From assembly GCA_027306885.1 (NCBI GenBank), contig DAHUYV010000041.1:1-54328 (forward strand): a stretch of 54,328 bases of DNA. The letters run 5' to 3'. How positions within the stretch are numbered: position 1 is the first letter of the stretch; each line of letters begins with the position of its first letter. The stretch comes from Candidatus Dormiibacterota bacterium. Its GTDB lineage: Bacteria > Chloroflexota > Dormibacteria > Aeolococcales > Bog-877. Positions 31,344 through 39,950 of this stretch are shown one piece after another. Position numbers and translations under genes: made by a program. The notes beneath the pieces are model-generated. The model ran no database searches. It was not told the origin of the DNA and was given only the letters and a program-made list of their open reading frames with translations.

Positions 31344-32641
31344 CCGACGGCGGGCTCGACCTCAGCTCCTCCAGGGCGGCGCTGGACCGGGGGCTCAAGG
31401 TGATGCCGGGAGGGGTGAACAGCCCGGTCCGCTCCTTCCGCGGGGTGGGCGGGGATCCGCCGTTCTTCGCCTCGGCGAAGGGCGCGCACCTCACCGACCT
31501 CGACGGGAATCGGTACCTGGACATGGTCCTCGCCTACGGGCCGTTGATCCTCGGCCACCTGGACGAGCGCGTGGTTGCCGCTCTCCGCACCCAACTCGGC
31601 CGTGGGGAGGCGATGGGCGGACCGACCCTTGCCGAGGTGGAGTTGGCGGAGGAGGTGGCACGCCTCATGCCGGCGGTGGAGATGCTGCGTCTCACCAGCA
31701 GCGGCACTGAAGCCGCCATGAGCGCGGTCCGCCTGGCCCGGGGGGTGACGGGCCGCGACCTGATCGTCAAGTTCGACGGCTGCTACCACGGCCACGGCGA
31801 CTCACTGCTGGCGGCGGCCGGGTCAGGGGTTGCCACCCTGGCGATCCCGGGCTCGCCCGGGGTCCCGGCGGGCACCGTCGCCGACACCGTGGTGGTCGCC
31901 TTCAACGACCTCGCCGGGGTGAGGGAGGAGATGGAGCGGCGGGGAGAGAGGGTGGCGGCGGTGATCGTCGAGCCGGTCGCCGGCAACATGGGGGTGGTGC
32001 CGCCCGCCCCCGGGTTCCTGGAGGGGCTTCGCGAGCTGACCACCGCCTCTGGCTCCATCCTGATCCTCGATGAGGTGATGACCGGCTTCCGGGTCTCGAG
32101 GGGTGGGGCCCAGGAGCGGTACGGGCTGGCCCCCGATCTCACCTGCCTTGGCAAGATAATCGGCGGCGGGCTGCCGGTGGGCGCTCTCGGAGGGCGCCGG
32201 GCCCTCATGGAGCAGCTGGCCCCGGCCGGGCCGATCTACCAGGCGGGTACCTTGAGTGGCAGTCCGCTGGCGGTGGCCGCCGGTCTGACCACCCTCCGGG
32301 CCCTGCAGGAGGGCGACCCCTACTCCCGTCTGGAGAGGCTTGGGGCCCGCCTGCAGGCCGGACTGGAGGCGGCTGGCGCCGCCGCCGGGGTGCCCCTGCG
32401 GGTCAACCGGGTGGGGTCGATGCTGACCTTCTTCTTCACCGGCGAGGAGGTCGTCGACTTCCGGTCGGCGCGCACCAGCGACCTCTCCCACTTCTCCCAG
32501 GTGCACCGGAGGCTGCTTCAGGGCGGGGTGTTCTGGCCTCCTTCGCAATTCGAGGCGGGATTCCTCTCGGTCGTCCATCCAGAGGCTGAGCTGGACCGGC
32601 TGGTGGGCCTCTTCTCCCACGCACTGGCCGAGCTCGTCTGA
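31340..32641 (+). CDS. hemL: Glutamate-1-semialdehyde 2,1-aminomutase (start probably CTG 31340; first standard start GTG 31400)
   Basis: MPGGVNSPVR, SGTEA, GCYHGHGD, DEVMTGFR, GKIIGGGLP, YQAGTLSG. Confidence 0.95.
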   Translation: MTDGGLDLSSSRAALDRGLKVMPGGVNSPVRSFRGVGGDPPFFASAKGAHLTDLDGNRYLDMVLAYGPLILGHLDERVVAALRTQLGRGEAMGGPTLAEVELAEEVARLMPAVEMLRLTSSGTEAAMSAVRLARGVTGRDLIVKFDGCYHGHGDSLLAAAGSGVATLAIPGSPGVPAGTVADTVVVAFNDLAGVREEMERRGERVAAVIVEPVAGNMGVVPPAPGFLEGLRELTTASGSILILDEVMTGFRVSRGGAQERYGLAPDLTCLGKIIGGGLPVGALGGRRALMEQLAPAGPIYQAGTLSGSPLAVAAGLTTLRALQEGDPYSRLERLGARLQAGLEAAGAAAGVPLRVNRVGSMLTFFFTGEEVVDFRSARTSDLSHFSQVHRRLLQGGVFWPPSQFEAGFLSVVHPEAELDRLVGLFSHALAELV

Positions 32642-32730
32642 AGGCGCGGGCCGGGCCGGTTCCCCCGGAGTGAAATTTGGCCGGTGCTATACTCCGGGCG
32701 CTGTTGCGGGCGTTCCCAGAGGAGCAAGAC

Positions 32731-32994
32731 TTGTTGGGAGACCACTGGCCGCTAATCCTCCTGGTCCTCCTGGTGGCCCTGGTGATCTTCGGCCCCAAGC
32801 GGCTGCCGGAGCTGGGCCACTCGCTGGGACGGGCACTGAGCGAGTTCCGCCACGCCTCCCAGTCGGTCGTCGACGACACCAAGGCCGCGGCGGGGGCGCA
32901 GGTGGACGGGGCTTCGGCCGCCGGCACCCCTGGGCAGCCGGGTTCCGACCACCCGGTCGGGGCGGCGCCGGGTAGTTCCGACCGGGCCGGCTGA
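32731..32994 (+). CDS. tatA: Twin-arginine translocase subunit TatA
   Basis: TM + FGPKRLPELGHSLGRALSEFR; GAGGAG RBS before TTG. Confidence 0.9.
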   Translation: MLGDHWPLILLVLLVALVIFGPKRLPELGHSLGRALSEFRHASQSVVDDTKAAAGAQVDGASAAGTPGQPGSDHPVGAAPGSSDRAG

Positions 32995-33009
32995 GCCCGC
33001 TTCCGCCAG

Positions 33010-33807
33010 GTGGCCACCCGCCGGCTCACCGGCTGGCGCTGGGGCGGGCAGCGAGGCTTCCCCGGGGGGCCCGCCGATGACCCTTCTCAGCTCACCCTGG
33101 TTGAGCATCTGGAGGAGTTCCGCCGGGCGCTGATCGTCAGCCTGGTGGCCTGGGGGCTGGCGACGGGGCTGGCCTTCGCCTTCAACCAGCAGCTGATCGC
33201 GGTCCTTGAACGACCCCTGCACCAGGCCCTCCTGCGCACTCACTCGCCGTTCGGCCAGAAGGTGGTGGTCACCAGCCCGATCCAGGGCCTGGCCATCCCC
33301 TTCGAGGTGGCCGCGGTCGCCGGGGTGGTGCTCGCCCTGCCGGTGATCGTCTGGCAGCTCTGGCGGTTCATAGCCCCCGGCCTGCGGGCGAATGAGCGCC
33401 AGCTGGCGTTCCCCTTCGTCGCCGGGACCCTGGTGTTCTTCGCGCTGGGAGGGGTCTTTGCCTACTTCGTCCTGCCGGTGGGGCTGTCCTTCCTCGCCAC
33501 CTTCCTTGGCGCCAACGCCGTCTACCTCCCCGATCTCGGCGCCTACCTCTCCTTCCTCGCCCTCGTGGTGCTGATCTTCGGGATCACCTTTGAGCTCCCG
33601 GTCGCCCTCAGTCTTCTGGCGGCCGTGGGACTGCTGGGCAGCCGCCAACTCTCCCACTGGCGCAAGCCCGGCTACTTCGTCATCATCCTGGTGGCGCTGA
33701 TCGTGACCCCGGGCGCCGATCCGTTCACCCCCACGTTCTTGTCCGTGGCGCTGATCCTGCTCTACGAGGGCAGCATCCTGTTCATCCGCGGCTTCCTGCA
33801 CCGCTGA
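33010..33807 (+). CDS. tatC: Twin-arginine translocase subunit TatC
   Basis: TLVEHLEEFRR, FIAPGL...E, FELP, TPGADP, LYE. Confidence 0.94.
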   Translation: MATRRLTGWRWGGQRGFPGGPADDPSQLTLVEHLEEFRRALIVSLVAWGLATGLAFAFNQQLIAVLERPLHQALLRTHSPFGQKVVVTSPIQGLAIPFEVAAVAGVVLALPVIVWQLWRFIAPGLRANERQLAFPFVAGTLVFFALGGVFAYFVLPVGLSFLATFLGANAVYLPDLGAYLSFLALVVLIFGITFELPVALSLLAAVGLLGSRQLSHWRKPGYFVIILVALIVTPGADPFTPTFLSVALILLYEGSILFIRGFLHR

Positions 33808-34523
33808 TGCCCCGACACGACGGGCGAGCGCCGGACCAGCTCCGGAATCTGACCATCGCCACGGCCCTCGGCGGTTGGGCCGAGGGCGAGGCGCTGATCA
33901 CCCTCGGCTCCACCCGGGTGCTCTGCACCGCCACGGTGGAGGAGAGGGTGCCGCCGCACCGCCGGGGCACCCGCGCGGGTTGGGTGACGGCGGAGTACGC
34001 CATGCTGCCGAGGGCGACCCCGGAGCGCACCCAGCGGGAGCGCAATCGAGTTGATGGCCGGTCTCAGGAGATCCAGCGGCTGGTGGCCCGCAGCCTGCGG
34101 GCGGCGGTCGACCTGCGGCGGCTCGGCGAGCGCACGGTGATCGTGGACTGTGACGTGCTCCAGGCCGACGGGGGCACCCGTACGGCTTCGATCACTGGTG
34201 GCTTCGTCGCCCTCGGGATCGCCTGCCGCAAGCTGGTCCAGGCGGGCCTCGTCAACGGCGATCCGGTCCGCCGGCAGGTGGCGGCGGTGAGCGTCGGGGT
34301 GTTGGAGGGGGAGCCGCTCTTGGACCTGGACTACCGGGAGGACAGCCGCGCCGACACCGACATGAACCTGGTGATGACCCAGGACCTCCAGCTGGTGGAG
34401 ATTCAGGGGACCGCCGAGGGGGGGGCGCTGGAGGCCGAGATGCTCGCCCCCTTGCTGCGGCTGGGGGAGGCCGGGGTGCGGATCGTGCTGGAGGTCCAGC
34501 GCGCGGCGCTTGCCGACGCCTAG
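33807..34523 (+). CDS. rph: Ribonuclease PH
   Basis: RHDGR..DQLR, GWVTAEYAMLP, DCDVLQADGGTRTASITG, DLDYREDS, IQGTAE. Confidence 0.96.
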   Translation: MPRHDGRAPDQLRNLTIATALGGWAEGEALITLGSTRVLCTATVEERVPPHRRGTRAGWVTAEYAMLPRATPERTQRERNRVDGRSQEIQRLVARSLRAAVDLRRLGERTVIVDCDVLQADGGTRTASITGGFVALGIACRKLVQAGLVNGDPVRRQVAAVSVGVLEGEPLLDLDYREDSRADTDMNLVMTQDLQLVEIQGTAEGGALEAEMLAPLLRLGEAGVRIVLEVQRAALADA

Positions 34524-35138
34524 GTGATCCCCGAGGCCCTGGTGGTGGCGAGCCGCAACCCCAACAAGGTGGTGGAGTTCGCCCGGCTGTTGGCCCCCGC
34601 CGGATGGGAGGTCGTCGCCCTGGACGATGCCCAGGGGGGTCGGGAGGCGACCTGGGAGGAGGACTCTCCCACATACGTGGGCAACGCGCTCATCAAGGCC
34701 GTCGCCGCCGCCGCCGCGACCGGCCTGCCCGCCCTCGGTGACGACAGCGGAGTGGAGGTGTACGCCCTGGGGGGCTGGCCCGGGCTGCGCACCGCCCGCT
34801 GGCTGGGGGAGGACGCCAGCGCCTCTCAGCTGCGTGAGGCGATGCAGGTCGAGGTGGCCAAGCTTCCCGAGGATCGTCGGCAGGCCGCCTTCGTCTGCGC
34901 CCTGGCGCTGGTCCTGCCCCAGGCCGGGGGCCAGCCCCGGACGATCACCGTGGAGGCTCGACTCGAGGGCAGCCTTCTGGCGGCCCCAAGGGGCGGGGGA
35001 GGGTTCGGCTATGACCCGATCTTCGTGCCCCGCGGTGAGACTCGGACCATGGCGGAGATGCCCCCCGGGGAGAAGGACCGGCGCAGCCATCGGGGGCTCG
35101 CCGTGGCCCAGTTGCTGAGGGTGCTGGCCGCCGCCTGA
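34524..35138 (+). CDS. rdgB: Non-canonical purine NTP pyrophosphatase (HAM1 family)
   Basis: ASRNPNK, NALIKA, DDSG, GFGYDPIF, SHRG; conserved position after rph. Confidence 0.92.
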   Translation: MIPEALVVASRNPNKVVEFARLLAPAGWEVVALDDAQGGREATWEEDSPTYVGNALIKAVAAAAATGLPALGDDSGVEVYALGGWPGLRTARWLGEDASASQLREAMQVEVAKLPEDRRQAAFVCALALVLPQAGGQPRTITVEARLEGSLLAAPRGGGGFGYDPIFVPRGETRTMAEMPPGEKDRRSHRGLAVAQLLRVLAAA

Positions 35139-35201
35139 GAGTCGGCACCGCACCCCCCAGTCGACCCGGCGCCCCGCGGTGCCCCTGATACGCTGACGGC
35201 A

Positions 35202-35273
35202 CGGGGGTTGGCGCAGAGGTAGCGCGCCCGCTTTGGGAGCGGGAGGTCGCCAGTTCGATCCTGGCACCCCCGA
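35202..35273 (+). tRNA. tRNA-Pro(TGG), CCA not encoded
   Basis: Acceptor cgggggt/acccccg, anticodon arm cccgc-tt TGG ga-gcggg, T-arm gccag-ttcgatc-ctggc. Confidence 0.93.
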
Positions 35274-35313
35274 CGCCGGCCGTCTGGGCGCCCCCCGGAT
35301 CGGCCGGACGCCC

Positions 35314-36150
35314 TCAGCGCAGGCCGGCGAAGAGGTCGTCCTCGGGGAGCTGGCTCCCGGTTCGGTCGACGGCCCGGATGAAGTGCTCCCGGGCGAGGAA
35401 CCCCATCACCACCTCTTGGGGGAAGCGCAGGAGGAAGGCGTTGTCCGCCTGGCTGGCGTGAGCCCGCAGCGCTGCCAGCTTCGCCTCGACCTCGGCCCCC
35501 ACCTCCACGCTGGTGGTCAGCAGCGAGTCGTCGGTGCCAAAGGGCGGGTTGTCGGGGTCCATGTCCGGCCCGCCGAACTCGCTGAGGTCGATGCCCATCT
35601 CGCGCATCCGGCGCGCCGCCGCCGCCACCGCGGAGCGGGGGATGGCGGTGTAGTACACCTTCTGGGGGATCCCGGTGGCCGCGCAGGCCGCCACCGTCAG
35701 CTGGTGGGTCCGGATGTGGTCGGGATGACCGTAGCCGCCGGTCTCGTCGTAGGTGACCACCACCTGGGGCCGGTGGCGCCGGATCAGCTCGGCCAGCCGA
35801 TCCACCTCCTCCTGCAGAGGGCTGCCCGAGAGCGAGCCGGTACGGCCGTTCTCGCCCCATCCCTCCATCCCGGAGTCCAGGTACCCGAGCCGCTCCAGGT
35901 GCTCCACCTCCAGGACGCGGCAGGACTCCTCCAGCTCCCGCCGCCGGGCCTCTCGCACCTGAGCCTCGTCGTGGCCGGGCTCTCCCGGCTTGACACCGGC
36001 GAGCCCGTCGCCCAGCTCCCCCCCGGTGCAGGTGACCAGAACCGTGTGGATCCCCTCCCGGCGGTACTTGCGCAGCACCCCTCCGGTGGACAGCACCTCG
36101 TCGTCCGGATGGGCGTGCACCGCCATGAAGGTCAACTGGTCGGTCGGCAC
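35314..36150 (-). CDS. PIG-L family deacetylase (Mca/MshB-like)
   Basis: AVHAHPDDE, TCTGGELG, DSGM, GGYGHPDHI, AHASQ, EDDLFAGL. Confidence 0.9.
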   Translation of the reverse strand: MPTDQLTFMAVHAHPDDEVLSTGGVLRKYRREGIHTVLVTCTGGELGDGLAGVKPGEPGHDEAQVREARRRELEESCRVLEVEHLERLGYLDSGMEGWGENGRTGSLSGSPLQEEVDRLAELIRRHRPQVVVTYDETGGYGHPDHIRTHQLTVAACAATGIPQKVYYTAIPRSAVAAAARRMREMGIDLSEFGGPDMDPDNPPFGTDDSLLTTSVEVGAEVEAKLAALRAHASQADNAFLLRFPQEVVMGFLAREHFIRAVDRTGSQLPEDDLFAGLR

Positions 36151-36220
36151 GCCCTGAGTCTGCCGACCTGGGGGTGCGCTGCGCCAGCCCAACTTCCCTC
36201 CCCGGCCGGCGCCCCCCAGC

Positions 36221-37171
36221 TCAGGCCTCGCGCCAGCGCCAGTTCAGTCGGCTCCGAGCATGCCCCAGAAGCATCTCGAGCCGCTCCCTCAGCCCCCCTC
36301 CCTGGGCCGCGACGCCGGCAAGGAGCAGGGCCAGCCCCAGCCCGGCGAGCAATCCCAACTGCTGCTCTCCGACCAGGGCAGCCGTGACCAGGGCGAACCC
36401 GGGCTCGGTGGCCATCACCACCGCCGCCGCATCCGTCGAGAGGTGCTTCTGGGCAGCAGCCTGGACCGCGAAGCCGAAGGCGGAAGCCCCGAGAGCGGAG
36501 AAGACCATTGCGCCCGCCACCCCCGGGGTGGGCGTGGGCAGGCCCCCGGCGAACGGGAGCACCGGCATCAGCAACACCGCGACCATGAGGAGCTGGGCGC
36601 CTCCCAGGGCGGTCGCCGACAGCGACTGGCCGAGGCGCCCCACCAGGACCACCTGCAGGGCGAACGCGGCGGCCGAGATGATCTCCAACCCGATCCCCGC
36701 CATCTGGCCGACCTCTCCGACGCTGATCGAAGGCGAGGCCGCGTGGCACACCAGGATCGTCCCGGCGATCGCCAGGGCGGAGCTCACCACCACCCGGCGG
36801 TCGGGGGCACGCCCGGTCATCACCCACTCCCAGGCGGGAGCCAGCACCACCACCAGGCTGGTGAGGGTGGCCGCCACCCCCGCCGAGGCTCCGAGGGCCA
36901 ATCCCAGGGTCTGGGTGACGTACCCCACGGTTAGGGCCGCGCCGACCCCCGCCAGACTGCGCCGGGGGACCCGACGCCACTCCGGCCGGCTGGAGGGCCG
37001 GACGTAGGCGATCGCCATCAGGGCGGCCCCGCCCAGGACGAAGCGGAGGAAGAGGAACCCGACGACCGGGTATGCGGCCACCGCCGCCCGCACCACCACG
37101 AAGCTGGCGCCCCACAGGGCCACCACGAGAAGAAGTGCCGCCGCCGCCGCCTGAGGCCGGCTCGGACGCAT
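36221..37171 (-). CDS. EamA/DMT family transporter
   Basis: About 10 TM segments, LWGASF, LRF, QTLGL, ATEP; divergent from Lrp regulator; start uncertain. Confidence 0.85.
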   Translation of the reverse strand: MRPSRPQAAAAALLLVVALWGASFVVVRAAVAAYPVVGFLFLRFVLGGAALMAIAYVRPSSRPEWRRVPRRSLAGVGAALTVGYVTQTLGLALGASAGVAATLTSLVVVLAPAWEWVMTGRAPDRRVVVSSALAIAGTILVCHAASPSISVGEVGQMAGIGLEIISAAAFALQVVLVGRLGQSLSATALGGAQLLMVAVLLMPVLPFAGGLPTPTPGVAGAMVFSALGASAFGFAVQAAAQKHLSTDAAAVVMATEPGFALVTAALVGEQQLGLLAGLGLALLLAGVAAQGGGLRERLEMLLGHARSRLNWRWREA

Positions 37172-37252
37172 TCCAGCTATCCTTCGGGTTGAGAAGGTCC
37201 AGCCCCAGATCTGGTTCAGATTCATACCCCATATCTTCACCAGGAGGCGACA

Positions 37253-37756
37253 ATGACGCAAATAGGCCGAAGTAAATTCGGTTCACGGTCAGCGATCGGG
37301 GAGCTGGACGAAAGCGATTCGAAGATCCTGCGGGCCCTGCAGTCCAACGCCCGCACCACGCTGGCGGACGTGGGCCGAGCGGCGGGGCTGGCCCCTTCCT
37401 CGGTCCACGAGCGGCTGCGGCGGTTGCAGCGCGACGGGGTGATCCGGGGCTGGACGCTGGAGTTGGACCCAAGGGAGGTGGGGCGCCCGGTCACGGCGTT
37501 CGTCGGGGTGGAGGCCGATGTGACGGGTGGGAGCCTGGCGGGTCGGCTGCGACAGCGCTGCGAGATCGACGAGTGCCACGACATCGCCGGCGATCTCTCG
37601 TTCTTCCTCAAGGTGAGAGCCGCCGACACCGAGGCGCTCCTGGAGCTGGTCGACTGGATCAGGGAGCTGCCCGGAGTCCGTCAGACCCGCACCACCGTCG
37701 TGCTCAAGACTGAATTCGAGCGCCAGGTGTGGCTCGGTCCAGCCCCGGCCGGGTGA
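37253..37756 (+). CDS. Lrp/AsnC family transcriptional regulator
   Basis: LDESDSKILRALQSNAR HTH, ERLRRL..DGVIRG, ECHDIAG, TRTTVVL; AGGAGG RBS. Confidence 0.92.
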   Translation: MTQIGRSKFGSRSAIGELDESDSKILRALQSNARTTLADVGRAAGLAPSSVHERLRRLQRDGVIRGWTLELDPREVGRPVTAFVGVEADVTGGSLAGRLRQRCEIDECHDIAGDLSFFLKVRAADTEALLELVDWIRELPGVRQTRTTVVLKTEFERQVWLGPAPAG

Positions 37757-37769
37757 GCCGGGGCGCCGG

Positions 37770-38588
37770 TCAGCTCCCCTGGAAATGGGGCTGGCGCCTC
37801 TCCCGGAATGCGGCCAGCCCCTCTCGGAAGTCGCTGGTTCGAGCCGCGGCCTGCTGGAAGCGCGCCTCCAGTTCCAGCTGAGCCGTGAGCTCCCGTTCCA
37901 GCCCCCCGTAGATCAGCTCCTTGGTCATCCCCAGCGCCGAGGTCGCCCCGGCCGCCAGCTCCTTTGAGAACCGCCCGACCTCGGCGGCGAAGCTGTCGGC
38001 CGGGGCGACCCTCGTCACCAGACCAGCCCGCAGGGCCTGGTCCGCCGACAGCCGTTCCCCGGTGAGGGCCAGGTGCAGCGCCAACGAGGGGCCGAGGAGG
38101 CGGCCCAGGAAGTACGTGGCGCCGGAGTCCGGCACCAGCCCGATCTGGGCGAAGCCGCAGCTGAACCAGGCGGCATCCGAGCAGATCCGAAGGTCTGCGG
38201 CCAGGGCCAGGGAGAGGCCCGCTCCGGTGGCCAGCCCATTGACCGCCGCCAGCACCGGGATTGGAAGCCGGCGCAGGCCCAGGACCAGCGGGGTGTACCG
38301 CTCCCGGATCAGGCCCTCGATGTCCTCGGGGAGTTGGTCGTCACCACCCTTGCCCAGATACTGCCCGGCGCAGAACGCGCGCCCCGCGCCGGTCAGGACC
38401 AGGCAGCGGCAGCCCGGGTCGGCGGCCACCTCCTCCACCGCCGCGATGAGAGCCAGGCAGAGCTCGCGGTCCAGGGCGTTGAGGCGCTGGGGGCGGTTGA
38501 GCGTCAGGGTGGTGACGCTGCCGGTCTTCAGCCGAAGCAGAGCTGAGCCCTGCTGGCCAGGTGCGCCGGGGTCAGCTGGCGTTGGCAT
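37770..38588 (-). CDS. Enoyl-CoA hydratase/isomerase family (PaaG-like)
   Basis: LNRPQRLNAL, GRAFCAG, AVNGLATGAG, IGLVPDSG, DFREGLAAF. Confidence 0.9.
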   Translation of the reverse strand: MPTPADPGAPGQQGSALLRLKTGSVTTLTLNRPQRLNALDRELCLALIAAVEEVAADPGCRCLVLTGAGRAFCAGQYLGKGGDDQLPEDIEGLIRERYTPLVLGLRRLPIPVLAAVNGLATGAGLSLALAADLRICSDAAWFSCGFAQIGLVPDSGATYFLGRLLGPSLALHLALTGERLSADQALRAGLVTRVAPADSFAAEVGRFSKELAAGATSALGMTKELIYGGLERELTAQLELEARFQQAAARTSDFREGLAAFRERRQPHFQGS

Positions 38589-38647
38589 CCCGTCATTGTG
38601 GGGCAGGGGGACGGCGCTGGAAACCCTCTCAGTGGCAGAATCGGGCG

Positions 38648-39940
38648 GTGACTCTGGGCACGCCTGAAGAGGAGGCCCTCGGCCTGCTGCGGTTCATCGC
38701 CGCCTCGCCGACGCCCTACCACGCCTGCCGGGAGGCGGCGGAGCGCCTGGCGGCGGTGGGGTTCACCGAGGCGCAGCTCGAATCCGAGTGGGCCGCCGGC
38801 GAGCGCCGCTTCGTGGTCCGAGGTGGCACCCTGATCGCCCTGTGGGTGCCTTCCGGAGCCTCCCCGGACCAAGGGGTCACCGTGGTCGGCGCCCATACCG
38901 ACAGCCCCAACTTGCGGCTCCGGCCGCGCCCGGACCTGGGCCGGGCGGGGTACCGCCAGCTGAGCGTGGAGGTGTACGGAGGGGCGCTGGTCAACTCGTG
39001 GCTGGATCGCGACCTGGGCGTCTCCGGAAGGGCCGTGGTCCGCGGGCCGGAGGGTCCGGAGACCAGGCTCTTCCAGGTCGACCGGCCGCTGGCACGACTG
39101 CCCCAGCTGGCGATCCATCTGGACCGGGAGGTGAACGAGAAGGGGGTCCGGCTCAACCGCCAGACCGAGGTCGTTCCGATCTGGGGCCTGGGAGAGGCCG
39201 CCGACCTGGACTTTGCCGCTTTCGTGGCCGGCGAGGTGGGAGTGGGCGAGGAGGCGGTGCTGGCCTGGGACGCCATGCTCCACCCGCTGGAGGCGCCCGC
39301 CCTCGCCGGCCGTGGTGGCGAGTTCGTGAGCGCTCCCCGCCTGGACAACCTGGGCTCGTCGTACTGCGGCGTGCGAGCGATGGTTGAGGTGGCGGAGTCC
39401 CGTTCAGCCCGCCGGCCGGTGGTGCTGGCGCTCTTCGATCACGAGGAGGTCGGGAGCGTATCGGCGCGGGGAGCCGGAGGAGCGCTGCTCCCCCAGGTGC
39501 TGGAGCAGCTGGGGCTGGGGATGGGGGGCGGCAGGGCGGAGTTCCTACGCTCCCTCGGTCGCACGACGGTCCTCTCGGTGGACATGGCCCACGCCGCCCA
39601 CCCCAACTACCTGGACCACTATGAGCCAGCCCACCTTCTCCAGCTCAACTCGGGTCCGGCGATCAAGACCAACGCCAACCAGCGCTACGCCACCGACGCC
39701 GAGACCGGTGGACGATTCGCCTTGGCCTGTGAGGATGCCGGGGTGCCGTTCCAGTGGTACTCGAGCCGGGGGGATATGCCCTGCGGCTCAACCATCGGGC
39801 CTAGCCTCGCGGCGAGGCTGGGTGCAGCCACGGTGGACGTGGGGATCCCCCAGCTCGCGATGCATTCCGCGCGGGAGATGGCCGGCTCGCAGGACCCTTC
39901 TCACCTGATCCGGGCGATGCTGGCCTTCATCGCCACCTGA
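38648..39940 (+). CDS. M18 family aminopeptidase
   Basis: SPTPYHA, AHTDSP, SWLDRDL, RLDNL, DHEEVGS, DMAHAAHPNY, CGSTIGP, MHSAREM. Confidence 0.93.
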   Translation: MTLGTPEEEALGLLRFIAASPTPYHACREAAERLAAVGFTEAQLESEWAAGERRFVVRGGTLIALWVPSGASPDQGVTVVGAHTDSPNLRLRPRPDLGRAGYRQLSVEVYGGALVNSWLDRDLGVSGRAVVRGPEGPETRLFQVDRPLARLPQLAIHLDREVNEKGVRLNRQTEVVPIWGLGEAADLDFAAFVAGEVGVGEEAVLAWDAMLHPLEAPALAGRGGEFVSAPRLDNLGSSYCGVRAMVEVAESRSARRPVVLALFDHEEVGSVSARGAGGALLPQVLEQLGLGMGGGRAEFLRSLGRTTVLSVDMAHAAHPNYLDHYEPAHLLQLNSGPAIKTNANQRYATDAETGGRFALACEDAGVPFQWYSSRGDMPCGSTIGPSLAARLGAATVDVGIPQLAMHSAREMAGSQDPSHLIRAMLAFIAT

Positions 39941-39950
39941 ACCGCCGCGC

